Below, in pieces: positions 38,245 to 51,185 of a stretch of DNA of 64,000 nt. Each line of letters begins with the position of its first letter. Positions within the stretch are counted from its first letter, which is position 1. The notes under the pieces are model-generated. The model ran no database searches, was not told where the DNA came from, and worked only from the letters and a program-made list of their open reading frames with translations. The position numbers and the translations under genes are program-made. The stretch spans positions 147,684,001-147,748,000 of the forward strand of contig NC_043000.1 of assembly GCF_006345805.1 (NCBI RefSeq). The letters are read 5' to 3'. This stretch comes from Octopus sinensis (taxonomy: Eukaryota).

Positions 38245-38432
38245 ATATTGTCTCCTCTGTCTTCCCTCCTTGGGATCTTTCCTTCTCCTTGTTTCCGACG
38301 AAGAGCTCCGCTCGAAACGTTAAACCCTCCTTCCCTCCTTTCCTGAGCGTCAATAATACTTTAATTGTTCCACGTCCTCGCGTTGCTGTGTTTTTTTCTC
38401 TTTTTTTCTGTGTTTTCTTGTTTGGATTAACT
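38245..38432 (+). mobile_element. Short non-coding Penelope-derived element, subfamily 2, with hammerhead-like motif at 38291-38325; second copy 60285-60452(+)
   Basis: GTTT-CCGACGA-A-GAGC-tcc-GCTC-GAAAC-GTT-AAAC; 3' end ggattaac runs into (TA)n. Confidence 0.65.
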
Positions 38433-39102
38433 ATATATATATACGACAGGCTTCTTTCAGTTTCTGTCTACCAAATCCACCCACAAGGCTTTGATCAGCC
38501 CGAGGCTATAGTAGAAGACACTTTCCCAAGGTGCCACGGAGTGGGACTGAACCCGGGACCATAAGGTTGGTAAGCAAGCTACTTACCACACAGCCACTCT
38601 TGCACCTGTTATGAAATTAAATGTTAAGAAATTAAAACTGTTGATATCAATAATGAAAATATACACAGATTCAATATCATAAAATGGTCATTTACATTTT
38701 ACTTGTTTCAGTTACTGACCCTGGTGATAGTGATGGTGATGATGGTGTACTGCCTTAAAGGGTTTTAGTTGAACAAATCGATCCCAGTAATTATTTTTTA
38801 AAAATCTGGCACTTACTTATTCTATCAGTCTCTTTAACCAAAGTGCTAAGTCACGAGGATGTAAACAAACAACACCAGTTGTCAAGCAGTAGTGAGGGAC
38901 AAATACAACACAATCACAAAGACAAATGAACGTATAGGTGCAGGCGTAGCTGTGTGGTAAGAAGCTTGCTTCCCAGCCACATGGTTCCGGGTTCAGTCCC
39001 ACTGTGTGGCATCTTAGGCTAGTGTCTTCTACTATAACCTTGGGCTGACCAAAGCTTTGTGAGTGGATTTGGTAGATGGAAACTAAAAGAAACCCATCGT
39101 AA

Positions 39103-41241
39103 GGACTTAGATTTATTTTAGAAAACAATTACTTTATTTTTGACAATAATTGCTACAGACAAAGATCGGGAACAGCGATGTGCACGCGTACTGCGCTTTC
39201 TTTTGCCAACCTAGTGATGGGATACCTCGAAAAAATACTCTACCAGATAACACTCGAGAAATATGGAAACACCTTCTCCACCTATATCCAGAACAACTGG
39301 AAAAGATACCTCAACGACTGCTTTATCCTCTGGGATAAAAGTATAGAGAAACTTGAGGAATTTAAAATACTATTAAATGGAATAAATGATAATATACAAT
39401 TCACGATGGATCATAACGACGAGGAATTACCATTTTTAGACATCCTCATTAAGAAAGCCGGCAACAAAATAGAGACAGATATCTATTATAAACCGACAGA
39501 TTCCAAACAGTACCTACACTTTGATTCATACCACCCAAGACACACTAGAATAAATGTCCCTTTTTGTTTAGCTAGAAGGATTTGCACCATAATATCAGAC
39601 ACAAACACCCCACATACACGTCTCCAGGAACTTAGAACTACACTCATAAACAGAAATTATCCACAGCCCCTAATAGACAGTGCAATCCAACGGGCACTTA
39701 AATTAAATATATAAGACCTGAGACAAACAAAACCAAAAGAGAAAGAAAAATTAAAAACCCTTCCCTACATCTCTACACACAACCCACTTAACAATGAGGC
39801 CTTCAGCACCATACTACAAAGCACAGCCCTACTAAAGGGAGACCCAAAGATGAACCAGATACTCGAAACACACACCATCATTAAAAGTAAACGGCAACCA
39901 AAATCCTTGAAAAGGATTTTAACCCAAGCTAAACTGCACTCAACATCAACCACAAAACCAGCAGTTAGAATATGTGGAAGGCCCAACTGCGGAATCTGTG
40001 TCATCTTGGTAGAAGGTTCAGAATTTATACTAGAACAATGCCATCAGTTCACCATTAGAACAAACTTCACCTGTGCATCAGAAAACTTTATTTACGTCTT
40101 AACATGCGCAGGCTACAATAGGCAGTATATAGGCCATACAAAAAATAGCTTACGTAAAAGGATGGCAGTGCATAAATCCCAAATTAGAAACCCTGAATAC
40201 CGGAAAATACCGGTCAGTGGACACATAGATAGATGTGCTACAAATGAAAATCTGAAATTTACAACTTACCCACTTTACAAATTCAGTGACAGCGTAACCT
40301 TCACCCAACGCCAAAATAAGGAACTTTATTTCATCAAAAAATGTAGACCAAGTTTGAACACCCTGGGCCAGGAATATTAAAACAAAACATTGGTCTTCCG
40401 AAAAGGAAAAATGAAATTCTACCACAATTACAATTGTGGAATTACAATTTCTCAGATCTTTAAACAGTCACTCCCACTTGCAGTGGTATGTTTTAGGGAA
40501 AAATGAATTTATAAAGAAAAAATTTCTTTCTACGAGCAGATCTGATTTTGATTCGTTAAAAAATTGATGACGTTTTTCTTCCGTGGTCAAACTTGTCGTT
40601 CTGCTTGGTTGGTTTCCTTACAGGATACAGTTATGGGTCAGAGCTGATTTTGATTCGTTAAAAAATTGATGACGTTTTTCTTCCGCGGTCAAGCTTGTCG
40701 TTCTACTTGGTTGGTTTCCTTACAGGATACAGTTGGGGGTCTCTACCTTGTATTTGTTGAAGTTTGGTTTTGCTTGGTTTGGAATTATGTGACATCAGTG
40801 AACAGTGCCAGTGAACCCACCACTTTTTGCTGCTACGATCAACAGTCAACCCCAACCACCACCAAGGTTGCCAAAATTACGACCAACTACTATGACCAAA
40901 AATCATTACTGTTGCTACCATTGGAACACAAAGTAACAAAAAAGTGGTTCCTTTTAATACCAGCAAGAAACAATAATGGACTTCTTCAATACACTCAACA
41001 GGAATATAGCGATTAACTGTAAGAAAGGATTATGAACTTTTCAATTTTCACTTTGTATAATATTTTTGATACGGTTCGAGACCAGTTAGAACCGATTATG
41101 AACTTCTCCATTACACTTTTTATAATATTTTTTAATAATATTTTTGATAAGGTTCGTTTTTCAAGAACCGAAACATGTAAAATTCATAAGAAAATTAAAA
41201 TTTATCTAATATAGTGGCGTTTTCAAACTTCTTTTTTACAA

Positions 41242-41250
<9 letters not shown>
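39103..41250 (+). mobile_element. Penelope-like element, 5'-truncated: RT C-terminal half + GIY-YIG endonuclease + 3' UTR/pseudo-LTR
   Basis: WKRYLNDCF, LPFLDILI, IYYKPTD..QYLHFDSYHP (39178-39714); CGRPNC..C and FIYVLTC...QYIGHTKNSLRKRM..H (39850-40380); a few stops/frameshifts. Confidence 0.92.
41140..41183 (+). ncRNA. Minimal type-I hammerhead ribozyme motif with U3:A8 core variant
   Basis: Stem I ATTT/AAAT; core TTGATAA; stem II GGTTC/GAACC; GAAAC; palindromic ACATGT stem III; GUA cleavage triplet; in the 3' region of the Penelope element. Confidence 0.65.
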
Positions 41251-41280
<30 letters not shown>

Positions 41281-42608
41281 CACACACACATATATATAGA
41301 TATATATATGTATGTATATATATAACGGGAAGGTTTACGAAAATAAACAAAAGACGAAGGCAGGTGGAGTACAAACAAACAAATGTATTAGTATGGTGCT
41401 CAGGAATAGAAATAGAACAAGTCTTTTACGTTTCGAGCCTATGCTCTTCGACAAAAAGATACACAGAAAAGAAACAAGGAGAGAAAAAAAATGCGTGTCG
41501 GAGCTAACGGTCCATTATCGTATGTATGTATATATCTATGTGTGTGCATTTTTGTTTGTGTTTGTCCCCCTACTACCACTTGACAACTGATGCTGGTGTG
41601 TTTGTGTCCACATAACTTAGTGGTTTGGCAAAAGAGACTGATAGGCATAAAAAGGCAGTACTGGGATCAGTTCATTCAACTAAAAGTTCAAGGTGGTGTC
41701 TCAGCATGACTGCAGTCTAATGACTGAAACAAGTAAAAGATAAAGGATATATATATATATATATACAATGGGCTTCCACACAGTTTCTTCCACCAAATTC
41801 ACTCACTCGGCATTTGTTAGCCCAGAACTATACTCTTTTACTTGTTTGACTGTGGCCATGCTGGAGCACCGCCTTTACTCGAGCAAATCAACCCCAGGAC
41901 TTATTCTTTGTAAGCCTAGTACTTATTCCATTGGTCTCTTTTGCCAAACCACTAAGTTACGGGGACGAAAACACACCAGCATCAGTTGTCAAGCGATGTT
42001 GGGGGGACAAACACAGACACACAAACATACACACACACACATATATATATACATACATATATACGATGGGCTTCTTTCAGTTTCCATCTACCAAATCCAC
42101 TTACAAGGCTTTGGTCAGCCCGAGGCTATAGTAGAAGACACTTGCCCAAGGTGCCATGCGGTGGGACTGAACCCGGAACCATGTGGTTGGTAAGCAAGCT
42201 AATTACCACACGGCCACTCCTACACCTATAGTAAAAGACACTAGACCAAAGTGCCATACAGTGGGACTGAACCTGAAACTACATGGTTGCAAAGTAAGCA
42301 TCTAAACCACTCAGCCATATATAGGCATATATATGCCTATAAAGGAAGTTTTCTCTTTTCAAGGAGCCTTAACCAGTGAGAGAGATCTTATGATATCTGC
42401 AGTGTTCAGTTGCTAGGCTTGATTTATGGATAATGGCAAAGCATTACAAAGCATTCTTACAGAAGAAACTACTTCCTTCAATCAATCTCACAAGAAAATA
42501 AGTATGCTTGCTAAGAGTTTTTAAAACAAATGCAAGCATGATTTTTTTTTTTTTTTTCTGAGATTTGAATATTTGCATATTGTTGCAAACTATTCTTTTT
42601 CCTGTTAG

Positions 42609-42691
42609 CTGCCCTTCCTAGAACGAAACAATGCGCTACAATTAAGCAGAACAAAGTTTTCAAATGAGCAAATTATGTGTTATGTAGAGAG
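42609..42691 (+). CDS. Candidate internal exon of an unidentified gene (LPFLERNNALQLSRTKFSNEQIMCYVE+AG)
   Basis: Polypyrimidine acceptor ttctttttcctgttag; open frame of 83 nt; donor AG|GTTTAC is weak; phase-compatible with the exon at 44769. Confidence 0.45.
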
Positions 42692-43718
42692 GTTTACATG
42701 ATAGATACAGCAAGATTTGAATTTATAACTATACTAGCAGTATCGCCCGGCGTTGCTCGGGTTTGTAAGGGAAATAACTATATAAGCATTTTATAGTGCA
42801 TGATCCTTACCAACGTCACATTACTGGCACTTGTGTTAAAATTAAGCATTCAAACTCTGTGTGTGTGCATGTGTGTGTATGCGTGTGTGTGTGTGTGTGT
42901 ACACACACACACGTACGTGTACATTTACAGATCACAGATAGTTAGACAGACATATAAATTGACAGACATATAAAATCCTTCTGAAATACCGACTTTACAT
43001 TTACCACAAGTAAATGAAAAAGGGAAATACTTTTGTTCCTAAAAGATTTTAAGGGAAGATGCTTAGTTCCAGTTTGATGTTTCTTATCTAATGTAATATT
43101 CCCAGAGGAACTGCCACTTAGTTCATTTCATTTCTATTGTTCATATTCTCGAGGAAGGCATTAATCTCATAAATCCCATTGATAGCCGGGTACCTCTGAT
43201 TACAAAAGTCAAGGATCTTAATTATAAATTTCACATAATAAATAAAAGTGACTAATTAAGTTAAGAGACCAGATAAGGTAATTTAGAGTAATACACATAC
43301 ACACACGTTTCTGATAGTTCAATATCTGAAGATTTTTTTTCTAAAATATAATATAAACCAAAAATGGCATAATTTTACAGGGCTCCAGGTCATATAACAA
43401 TGCCTGTTTATCAACAATCTATTCCAGATTGTGACCTTTGTTAAATAGAGATTCAAAACTACAGTTCTCACTCCTCTCTGCATACATCTATGATGTACAA
43501 AATTTAAGAAAATAAGGTTAGCGACCTTCTGCTCAAGGATACTCTATTTGACCTTATCAAATCTAGTTTTAAAGTATGTGCTGGCAAATCCAATAAATAA
43601 TTTATCAGTGTTAACTAAATGATTAAAGTAGTCTAGACTTTGACAGCTTCTGCTAGATCTTAATAGCATTTCTTTTACTTATTCCTCCTAGAAATTTATG
43701 CAATAGCACTCATCAAAC

Positions 43719-43868
<150 letters not shown>

Positions 43869-44768
43869 AATAAGTAAACTAGGAGTCATCGTTGTATAAG
43901 TTTTTAAATTACTCTAAAACAGCAGTTGGCAATCATAGACCCTTTCAGAAAATCATTAACAACTATTTGACACTCATCATGACAATTTCTAAAAGAATTA
44001 AAAAGTATAATTTATAAAAAAATTTCTTGATTTAAAAGCAATAATTCCTTCATTCTTTTGTGACATTATCACTTTTTAATAAGAAATATTTAAAGAAATT
44101 GATAAAAATAAAAAAAATTCAGTCAAATTACATTGACATAAATGGAATATTTAATGTGAAATATGGTCGGTGAATACTAGTTGTTGATTTGATATTTGGC
44201 TGAAAATTAGCAAATTTTAGCCTTAAATTACTGCAGTCTTCCAGATTCAGTTTACTTAATGCTCAAAATCATTTTAGGTGCCTATTGACCCTTGGGTAAC
44301 CATATAGAACTCAGGGGTCAATATTAATTGCTTTGCTGAGCCCTTCTCTATACAATATTAAAAACAGATATATACAGCAGGATCTCACTAGTTTTTCATC
44401 TCATATACATGTTTACATTAAAAACAACAAAAATCAAGAACAAGCGAAACAAGCATTAGTTAGGATGTAATGACCAAACGGATTGGATGACAATGTAAAC
44501 ACAGGTCTCTAAATAATCAGCTTGGTAATGATGGATTGTGACAAATGAAGACAGTAGAAAAGAAAGGTATATATAAAGTAGAAGAGGAAGAAAGAAAAGG
44601 ATGACAAAGAGAGAGAAGAAAGTGAGTAGGTACATCAAAAAAAATAGAAAAACATTGTAAAACAGAAGGAATAAGAAGTAATTTAAAGAATATTTACACA
44701 GTCAGCTACCTGGTCTTGCTCTGCTTGAAATAAATCTTTATCTCCTTGGTGCATTTGTTTATAATCAG

Positions 44769-44855
44769 GTATGCCAGACTACCAGTTGCCCCAGTTCAGC
44801 TAGATGACCCCCCTGTCTTATCCTTTAGGAACATAGCATACCAACTTAGAGAGAG
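44769..44855 (+). CDS. Candidate internal exon of an unidentified gene (YARLPVAPVQLDDPPVLSFRNIAYQLRE+AG)
   Basis: Acceptor ttgtttataatcag, donor AG|GTAATA; 87 nt, phase 2-2; GC-richer than flanks, non-repetitive, protein-like composition. Confidence 0.55.
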
Positions 44856-45641
44856 GTAATACGATTCCGGCTTTTAAATAGATTTTTATTTATTTTTCCC
44901 AATACTTTCTCGCACATATTTTACCTCTTGCCTCCATCGTTTCTTTTCTTTTTTCTTTGTATATATAAGTATATTTTCTTTGAGTGAAGGTGGTGTTATG
45001 TTTCTTATTTTGGACATTAGTAAAAATAACTTATCCTGCTGCACGAAGTTGCTAATGCAAGTGATATGAGAACATTGAAACTGAAAAAATAATTCATACC
45101 GGTCAATAGAAAGGTGTGAGTATTGATTTAGTAGGCCCTGGCACCTGGGAAGGTTGACATAACATTGGTGATGAACGGAGGAGACAAGAGTGAATCAAGA
45201 GTGGTTGAGGGCAGGTGCGAGCTGGCAGAATCGTTAGCACACCAGGCGAAATGCGTAGCCGTATTTCGTCTGGTGTTACGTTCTGAGTTCAAATTCCGCC
45301 GAGGTCGACTTTGCCTTTCATCCTTTCGGGGTCGATAAATTAAGTGCCAGTTATGCACTGGGGTCGATGTAATCAACTTAATACCTATGTCTGTCCTTGT
45401 TTGTCCCCTCTATGTTTAGCCCCTAGTGGGCAATAAAGAAATAGGTATGAGACAAGCCAAATTTGAGAGACAAAGGCTACTTAGTGCTAACAGAGATTGA
45501 ATGGGAAGACATAAACACATTGTGTGTCCCATGTCCTAGAGGGCCCAAAGCTATGTTGTGGTTGTGCATGCAGGGACACTAGTGCAATGCTTTGCCTGAA
45601 AGCCTTTAGTGCTATTGAGATGATACAGCCATAGTCTACAT

Positions 45642-46012
45642 CAGTGCTTTTCAAACTTTTTGCAGGAGCGGAACCCCAAGGAAACATTCCACTGGCTCGG
45701 GGAACCCCTGTGCAATAATTTAATAGTCTTATGCACACATAAGTCCCCATCACTTAGTGGTTCGGCAAAAAGAAACCGATAGAATAAATACTGGGCTTAC
45801 AAAAAGAATAAGTCCCGGGGTCGAGTTGCTCGACTAAAAGGCGGTGCTCCAGCATGGCCGCAGTCAAATGACTGAAACAAGTAAAGGAGTATATCTGCAC
45901 AGGAGAATTAAAAATTACTGCCGATTTTAGCAGTTTTATAACTTCTTGCGGAACCCCTGGACTGTACTGGCAGAACCCTAAGGTTCCGCGGAACCCTGGT
46001 TGAAAACCACTG
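45642..46012. mobile_element. hAT-type MITE with 8-bp TSD GTCTACAT, carrying a SINE-A 3' fragment (~45745-45890)
   Basis: TIR CAGTGCTTTTCAAAC / GTTGAAAACCACTG; TSD at 45634-45641 and 46013-46020. Confidence 0.9.
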
Positions 46013-46174
46013 GTCTACATAGTGCAGTGTGTTGGCAAGCTACCTTAAACCAATAAGTTGTAAGGCTTTTGTATATGTTTGTGTGTGTGTGGGGGGTATT
46101 CACTGTAGAATGTTTGTAGAGGGTTGGTAGTTGATGAGCAGGGGTGTGAGTTGAAATAATTTCTGACCCTGCAG

Positions 46175-46237
46175 AAGTATAAGTCATTATACTGAACATA
46201 AACATTTACAAGGAGAGATGTTCAGTGATGTTGAGAG
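46175..46237 (+). CDS. Possible further exon (SISHYTEHKHLQGEMFSDVE)
   Basis: Acceptor ttctgaccctgcag, donor AG|GTAACG; 63 nt, phase 2-2; could be chance. Confidence 0.25.
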
Positions 46238-47009
46238 GTAACGTGAGAAAATCAAGAATGATATTGATAAAATTGACCCCAGGTAGGCATCTGTATTTAA
46301 TTTACTGGATGAAATGTGTATATATATACAAATACATGCATATGTATTGTGTACACTGTGTTTAGAACAGTAATACACCATAACCCAGCATGCTGTAAAA
46401 GGGAACTAAATGGATTGCCAAAGGGAGGCCTTGTAAAATGATGATACATGCATATGTATACATACATACATACATATATTGATTTATACTGTGCATAATC
46501 AAGAAAATAAAAAATACATTCGACTACATATGACAATTTCTTGTTCTTTGCGTGAGAAACTTCACATGTTTGCATGAGTAGCTAGAAATGTCAGCCAATC
46601 CCCCTCATACAATATATAAAAAAGGAAATTCTATATTTTCAAAAAAGATACAATGGTTATGGCTGAGACATTTCTGATTACAGGTTTTTCCCGATGGGGA
46701 TTGGCTTAGGGTTAAAGAACAAAAACATCTGTTCTATTTTATTGTTATACACTTACTTCTTATGCCAAAAATCAACGCCACCCAATACTTCCTGCAAAAC
46801 ATCAAACTCCTACACTATTTGTAACAGACATTGAATCTCTTTAATCTGTTTTGCTTTCATACCAGAAAAAAAAAACCCCCAAAAAACATCAGGTGATAAC
46901 AGGTACATTGACTAAACCATAGAAGCAATTAGAGGAAACTACTTTATTATTTCAACTTAGTTAGTTAGTTAGTTAATTTTGGCTCAAAAAGCAAAAAGCA
47001 AGGCCATGT

Positions 47010-47200
47010 AGGGGGACATGGAGTTATGTACAGGGTGGTGTTCATGTAAAGAGTTCAGGCCACTTGAGGTCAAGAGAGACTTTGAACAAAGCGGTCGTCG
47101 GCATCATCATCTCGTCTGGCAGCTTGTTCCACGGATCCGCAACCCGGACGGAGAAAGCTCCTCTCCTTCGATTGAAAATATAACTACAACAGTATTTTAA
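47010..47200 (-). mobile_element. CR1 3' fragment
   Basis: RRGAFSVRVADPWNKLP frame (ORF 47042-47275). Confidence 0.75.
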
Positions 47201-47284
47201 TATGGAGAAGCAGGATAAGTAAATATAATTAAATGCTAAAACATTTAATTTTAGCAAATTAAATTTGTCTCCCACTCACACACA

Positions 47285-47337
<53 letters not shown>

Positions 47338-47618
47338 CATCATCCACTCTCCATGCTATCATGGGTTGAACAGTTTGACTGGAACTGGTAAGCTGGAGAG
47401 CTGTACCAGGTTCCAGTCTGCGTTTTGTTCAAGAACACAACACACCACCAGTCTGGGAACTGAAATTACAATCTTGTAATTATGAGTGGAACACCATAAC
47501 CACTAGGCCACATGCCTTTACGAAAAAATAAGTACTGGGGTCAAGAAGTTTGACTATAGTTCTTCAAGGGGTGCCCCAGCATGTGTGCAGTCTGACGACT
47601 GGAACAAGTAAACCTTCT

Positions 47619-47665
<47 letters not shown>

Positions 47666-48450
47666 TGCGCGTGCGCGCACATACATATATGTATATATAT
47701 GTGTGAGAGAGAGAGAGAAAGAGAGAGACAGAGAAATAGATATAGTTAGTGGTTGGCATTAGGAAGGGCATCCAGCTGTAGAAACACTGCCAAATCAGAC
47801 TGGAGCCTGGTGCAGCCTCCACCCCGGTCGAACCATCCAACCCATGCTAGCATGGAAAACGGACGTTAAATGATGATGATGATGATGATGAATGGGTGCT
47901 GAAAAGTTCTTGGTTTTAAGGGTATCATGAAAGAACTGATTGAAGACCCAACCTTTCGAGATCTTTTACAGGTTTAGAAAAACTGAAGGACTACTGCGAT
48001 AAGTGTGTGAATCTGAGAGTGGAATGAATAAAATCTTAATTGACTGATCCTCCTGTATTTTCTTTTACCCAAAGCCAGGAACTTTTCACCGCCCCCTCAT
48101 ATATATATGACTGAGTAGACAAACAAGACAAAAAACAAAAGGGTGGGCACTCAACACATTAAGCAGGAGTTGCATGTATTATTTAATAACAGTCTGGCTT
48201 GGCTTCATGCAATTTCAAGTTTCATAGGTATGTGGAATGAACTTAGCTTGTAAGGTATCTCCAAATAAATGTATGTATATACGTACGTATGTATGTATGT
48301 ATGTTGAAATGGTTTTCCATATACACTGAAAGCATATGGACACAAATTTGAAATTAAAGTAAAACAAACCAATTGATAAAACTCAAACCATGTATCATTT
48401 GTTTGGCAGTGAGCTGAATTTACTGGGTGTATGTGTTTTATAACCATTAA

Positions 48451-48668
48451 CCCTTTCATTACTGTATTTATTTTGAGATACTCTATTTTTCTTTCAATTA
48501 ATCTTAAATATAACAAATTTAGTAAAATATCTTAGTGATCATTCAGCTAGTGTTAGGAACATAAATTGTGACTAAGGTTTGGTGGAAGATTTCAATTCAA
48601 AGCTTATGAAAACAAGACATTTGTACTCAGAGCCAGAACCGGTTTTGGCCGGGTTGGTAACAAAAGGG
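48451..48668. mobile_element. piggyBac-type MITE family 2 (CCCTTTCGTTAC...GTAACGAAAGGG). Copies: 1158-1306, 16807-17027, 48887-49097, 54066-54286, 54899-55118
   Basis: TTAA flanks, 12-bp TIR, conserved ~220-bp interior. Confidence 0.82.
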
Positions 48669-48699
48669 TTAAAACAGTTGCCCAGCACACAGTACATAT

Positions 48700-48850
48700 A
48701 TGGCCTGCCAAACATTGGTGTATTTGTTTTATTTACTGCCACTGCGTCCAAGCACAGTGTTGACTTGTTTTCTAGTGCCTGCAACAACTTTGGCCTTACT
48801 ATCAATACAAAAAAGGCTGAGGTAATGTATCAGCCAGCACCAACCAATGT
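48700..48850 (+). mobile_element. RTE/BovB-type RT fragment
   Basis: VDLFSSACNNFGLTINTKKAEVMYQPAP. Confidence 0.7.
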
Positions 48851-49662
48851 TTCATATTATTCATATTCTAAACTTTAGCTGTTTAACCCTTTTGATACCA
48901 ACCCAGCCGAAACCGCCTCTGGCTCTCTAGTATAAATGTCTTGCTTTCGTAAGTTTTGAATTAAAATCTTCCACCAAACCTTAGTCACAATTTATGTTCT
49001 TAATGATAGCTATGTTATTTTACTAAATTCTTAGTTATATTTAAAATCAATTGAAAGAAACACAGAGCATCTCAACAGGAATATGGTAACAAAAGGGTTA
49101 AATGATAGTATATTTCACATACTCTTTTTTGGTATATTTTGAATACACAACCATAAATATCAGAAATGAATTTAATTTATCAGAGAAAGAAAGTATTTCT
49201 AAATTATAAGGAAAAGAAAAGATAGTCTTCAAAAAGGATAAATGGTAGTTTGGCACACATACTCACTTCTCCACATGTATACACAAACACAGAGACAAAG
49301 ACACATACACAGAAAATACAATAGTCACATTGATGTAGATAGCAAATACAAAATCTTCCTAGCATACTCATTCTAATAATAAATAAGGAAATCCACTTAA
49401 ATTTGGTTTTCATGATGATGTCGGGAACTTAAAAAAACTTGAAAAAAATCTTATATTTGTGTATTCAAATTTAAACATGCACTTACGCACCCAAACCTAA
49501 GTATATACATAAGTGTGTATGTGTACATGTGTGTATGTATATATTTATTTGTTACATTTAATTCGTAAAATAGTGGCAAATAATTCTGTGTAGGCATAAG
49601 GATATAAATAGATAGAAATCAAACAAATAACACAAATTGTGTGAGCATGTGTGTGTGTGTGG

Positions 49663-49718
<56 letters not shown>

Positions 49719-50391
49719 TATATATCTTTTATCTTCTACTTGCTTCAGTCATTTGACTACGGCTATGATGGGGCACCGCCTTAAGGTTTTTGTCAAAACA
49801 AATCAACCCTGTGGCTTATTTTTTTTAAAGCCTACTACTTACTCTATTGGTTTCTTTTGCTGAACTGCTAAGTTACAAGGATGTAAACACACCAGCACCA
49901 GTTGTCAAGTGGTGGTGGTGGGAGGGACAAATACAGACACATACATACATCTATATATAAATACTAGCAGTATCGCCCGGCGTTGCTCAGGTTTGTAAGG
50001 GAAATAACTATAAAGCATTTTTAGAGAGTTATAGCCAAAAAATAGCAAAAAAATGGAAAAAAAACTATGGTAAATTTTTTTTTGAGAGTTAAAAAAGGTG
50101 GAGTTGCGTCCCCTAGACGGTCTGTGGTTTGGGTTTCTGATTCTCGACCCCATGTCAAATTTATCGATCTTTTTCAGAACTGGGGGAACTTTTCAAAATT
50201 TTCGCTGCGTTAGTTTTGAATTATGACATTGGGCTATGTGTGTGTCAAGTTCATCAGAATCGGTTGAAGCCGTGGCCAGAGTGAGGGTACGAGAAAACAG
50301 ACACACAGAAAATGCACAGACAAACTGCCGTTATATAGAGAGAGATATACACATATATATATATATCTATATATAAATATATACATATATA

Positions 50392-50431
<40 letters not shown>

Positions 50432-50454
50432 ATATACATACACACACAGACATG

Positions 50455-51185
50455 CAGGAAGTAAATAGACACCTCTAATTTTTGAAAATTTCTAATCTAA
50501 GCATCTTAATATGTTTTCAGCAGTGTAGAATTTACAATGTAATTATGCTTTTCCATTCCAGGTGTCATTATATTAAACATCTGCGAAGAGTAACCATGCC
50601 ATGCACAAAAAATTCAGAACTGTCAGATTTTCAAAGAGCTCATATTGTTGGGCAATCTAAGGCTGGTCTTAGCCAGTGAAAAATTGCCGAAAATCTTCAA
50701 ATTCCTCTTGCTACTGTCAATAGAATTATAGCGCAATTCAAAAGCCAAGGAAAAGGATCAACAGATTCTCATCCTAGCCGACCTGGAACCTTGGAAAGGA
50801 AGCTTTGCTGTTTGAAGAGAATTGTGGAAAACGAACCCTGTTCGAAGGCTTCTGACATTGCAAAACAGCTAGAAGTTAGTCCAAGAGCATGTGTTACATA
50901 TTTGCATAAGCTTGGGTATAATGGACGAGCAGCTAGAAGAAAACCTCTCCTTCAACCAATTAATATCATGAAAAGAAAAAATCGGCTAAGTAGATGTCAG
51001 AAAAATCCAGTTCATTTTGGGATAGAGTGATTTTCTCAGATAAATCCAGATTTGCATTATTTTCAGACAGCGGATGTGTTTGGTTTCCTAATCAAGAATT
51101 TGATTTGAAACAACTCCAACCAACGGTGAGACATGGTGGTATCTCTGTTTTGGTATGGGGAGCTGTCACCAGCAATGGATGGCTT
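50455..51185 (+). mobile_element. Tc1/mariner transposase pseudogene (HTH + first catalytic region), 3'-truncated
   Basis: ELSDFQRAHIVG, GRAARRKPLL, WDRVIFSDKSRF (D-E-S motif mutated), QPTVRHGG.SVLVWG. Confidence 0.88.
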
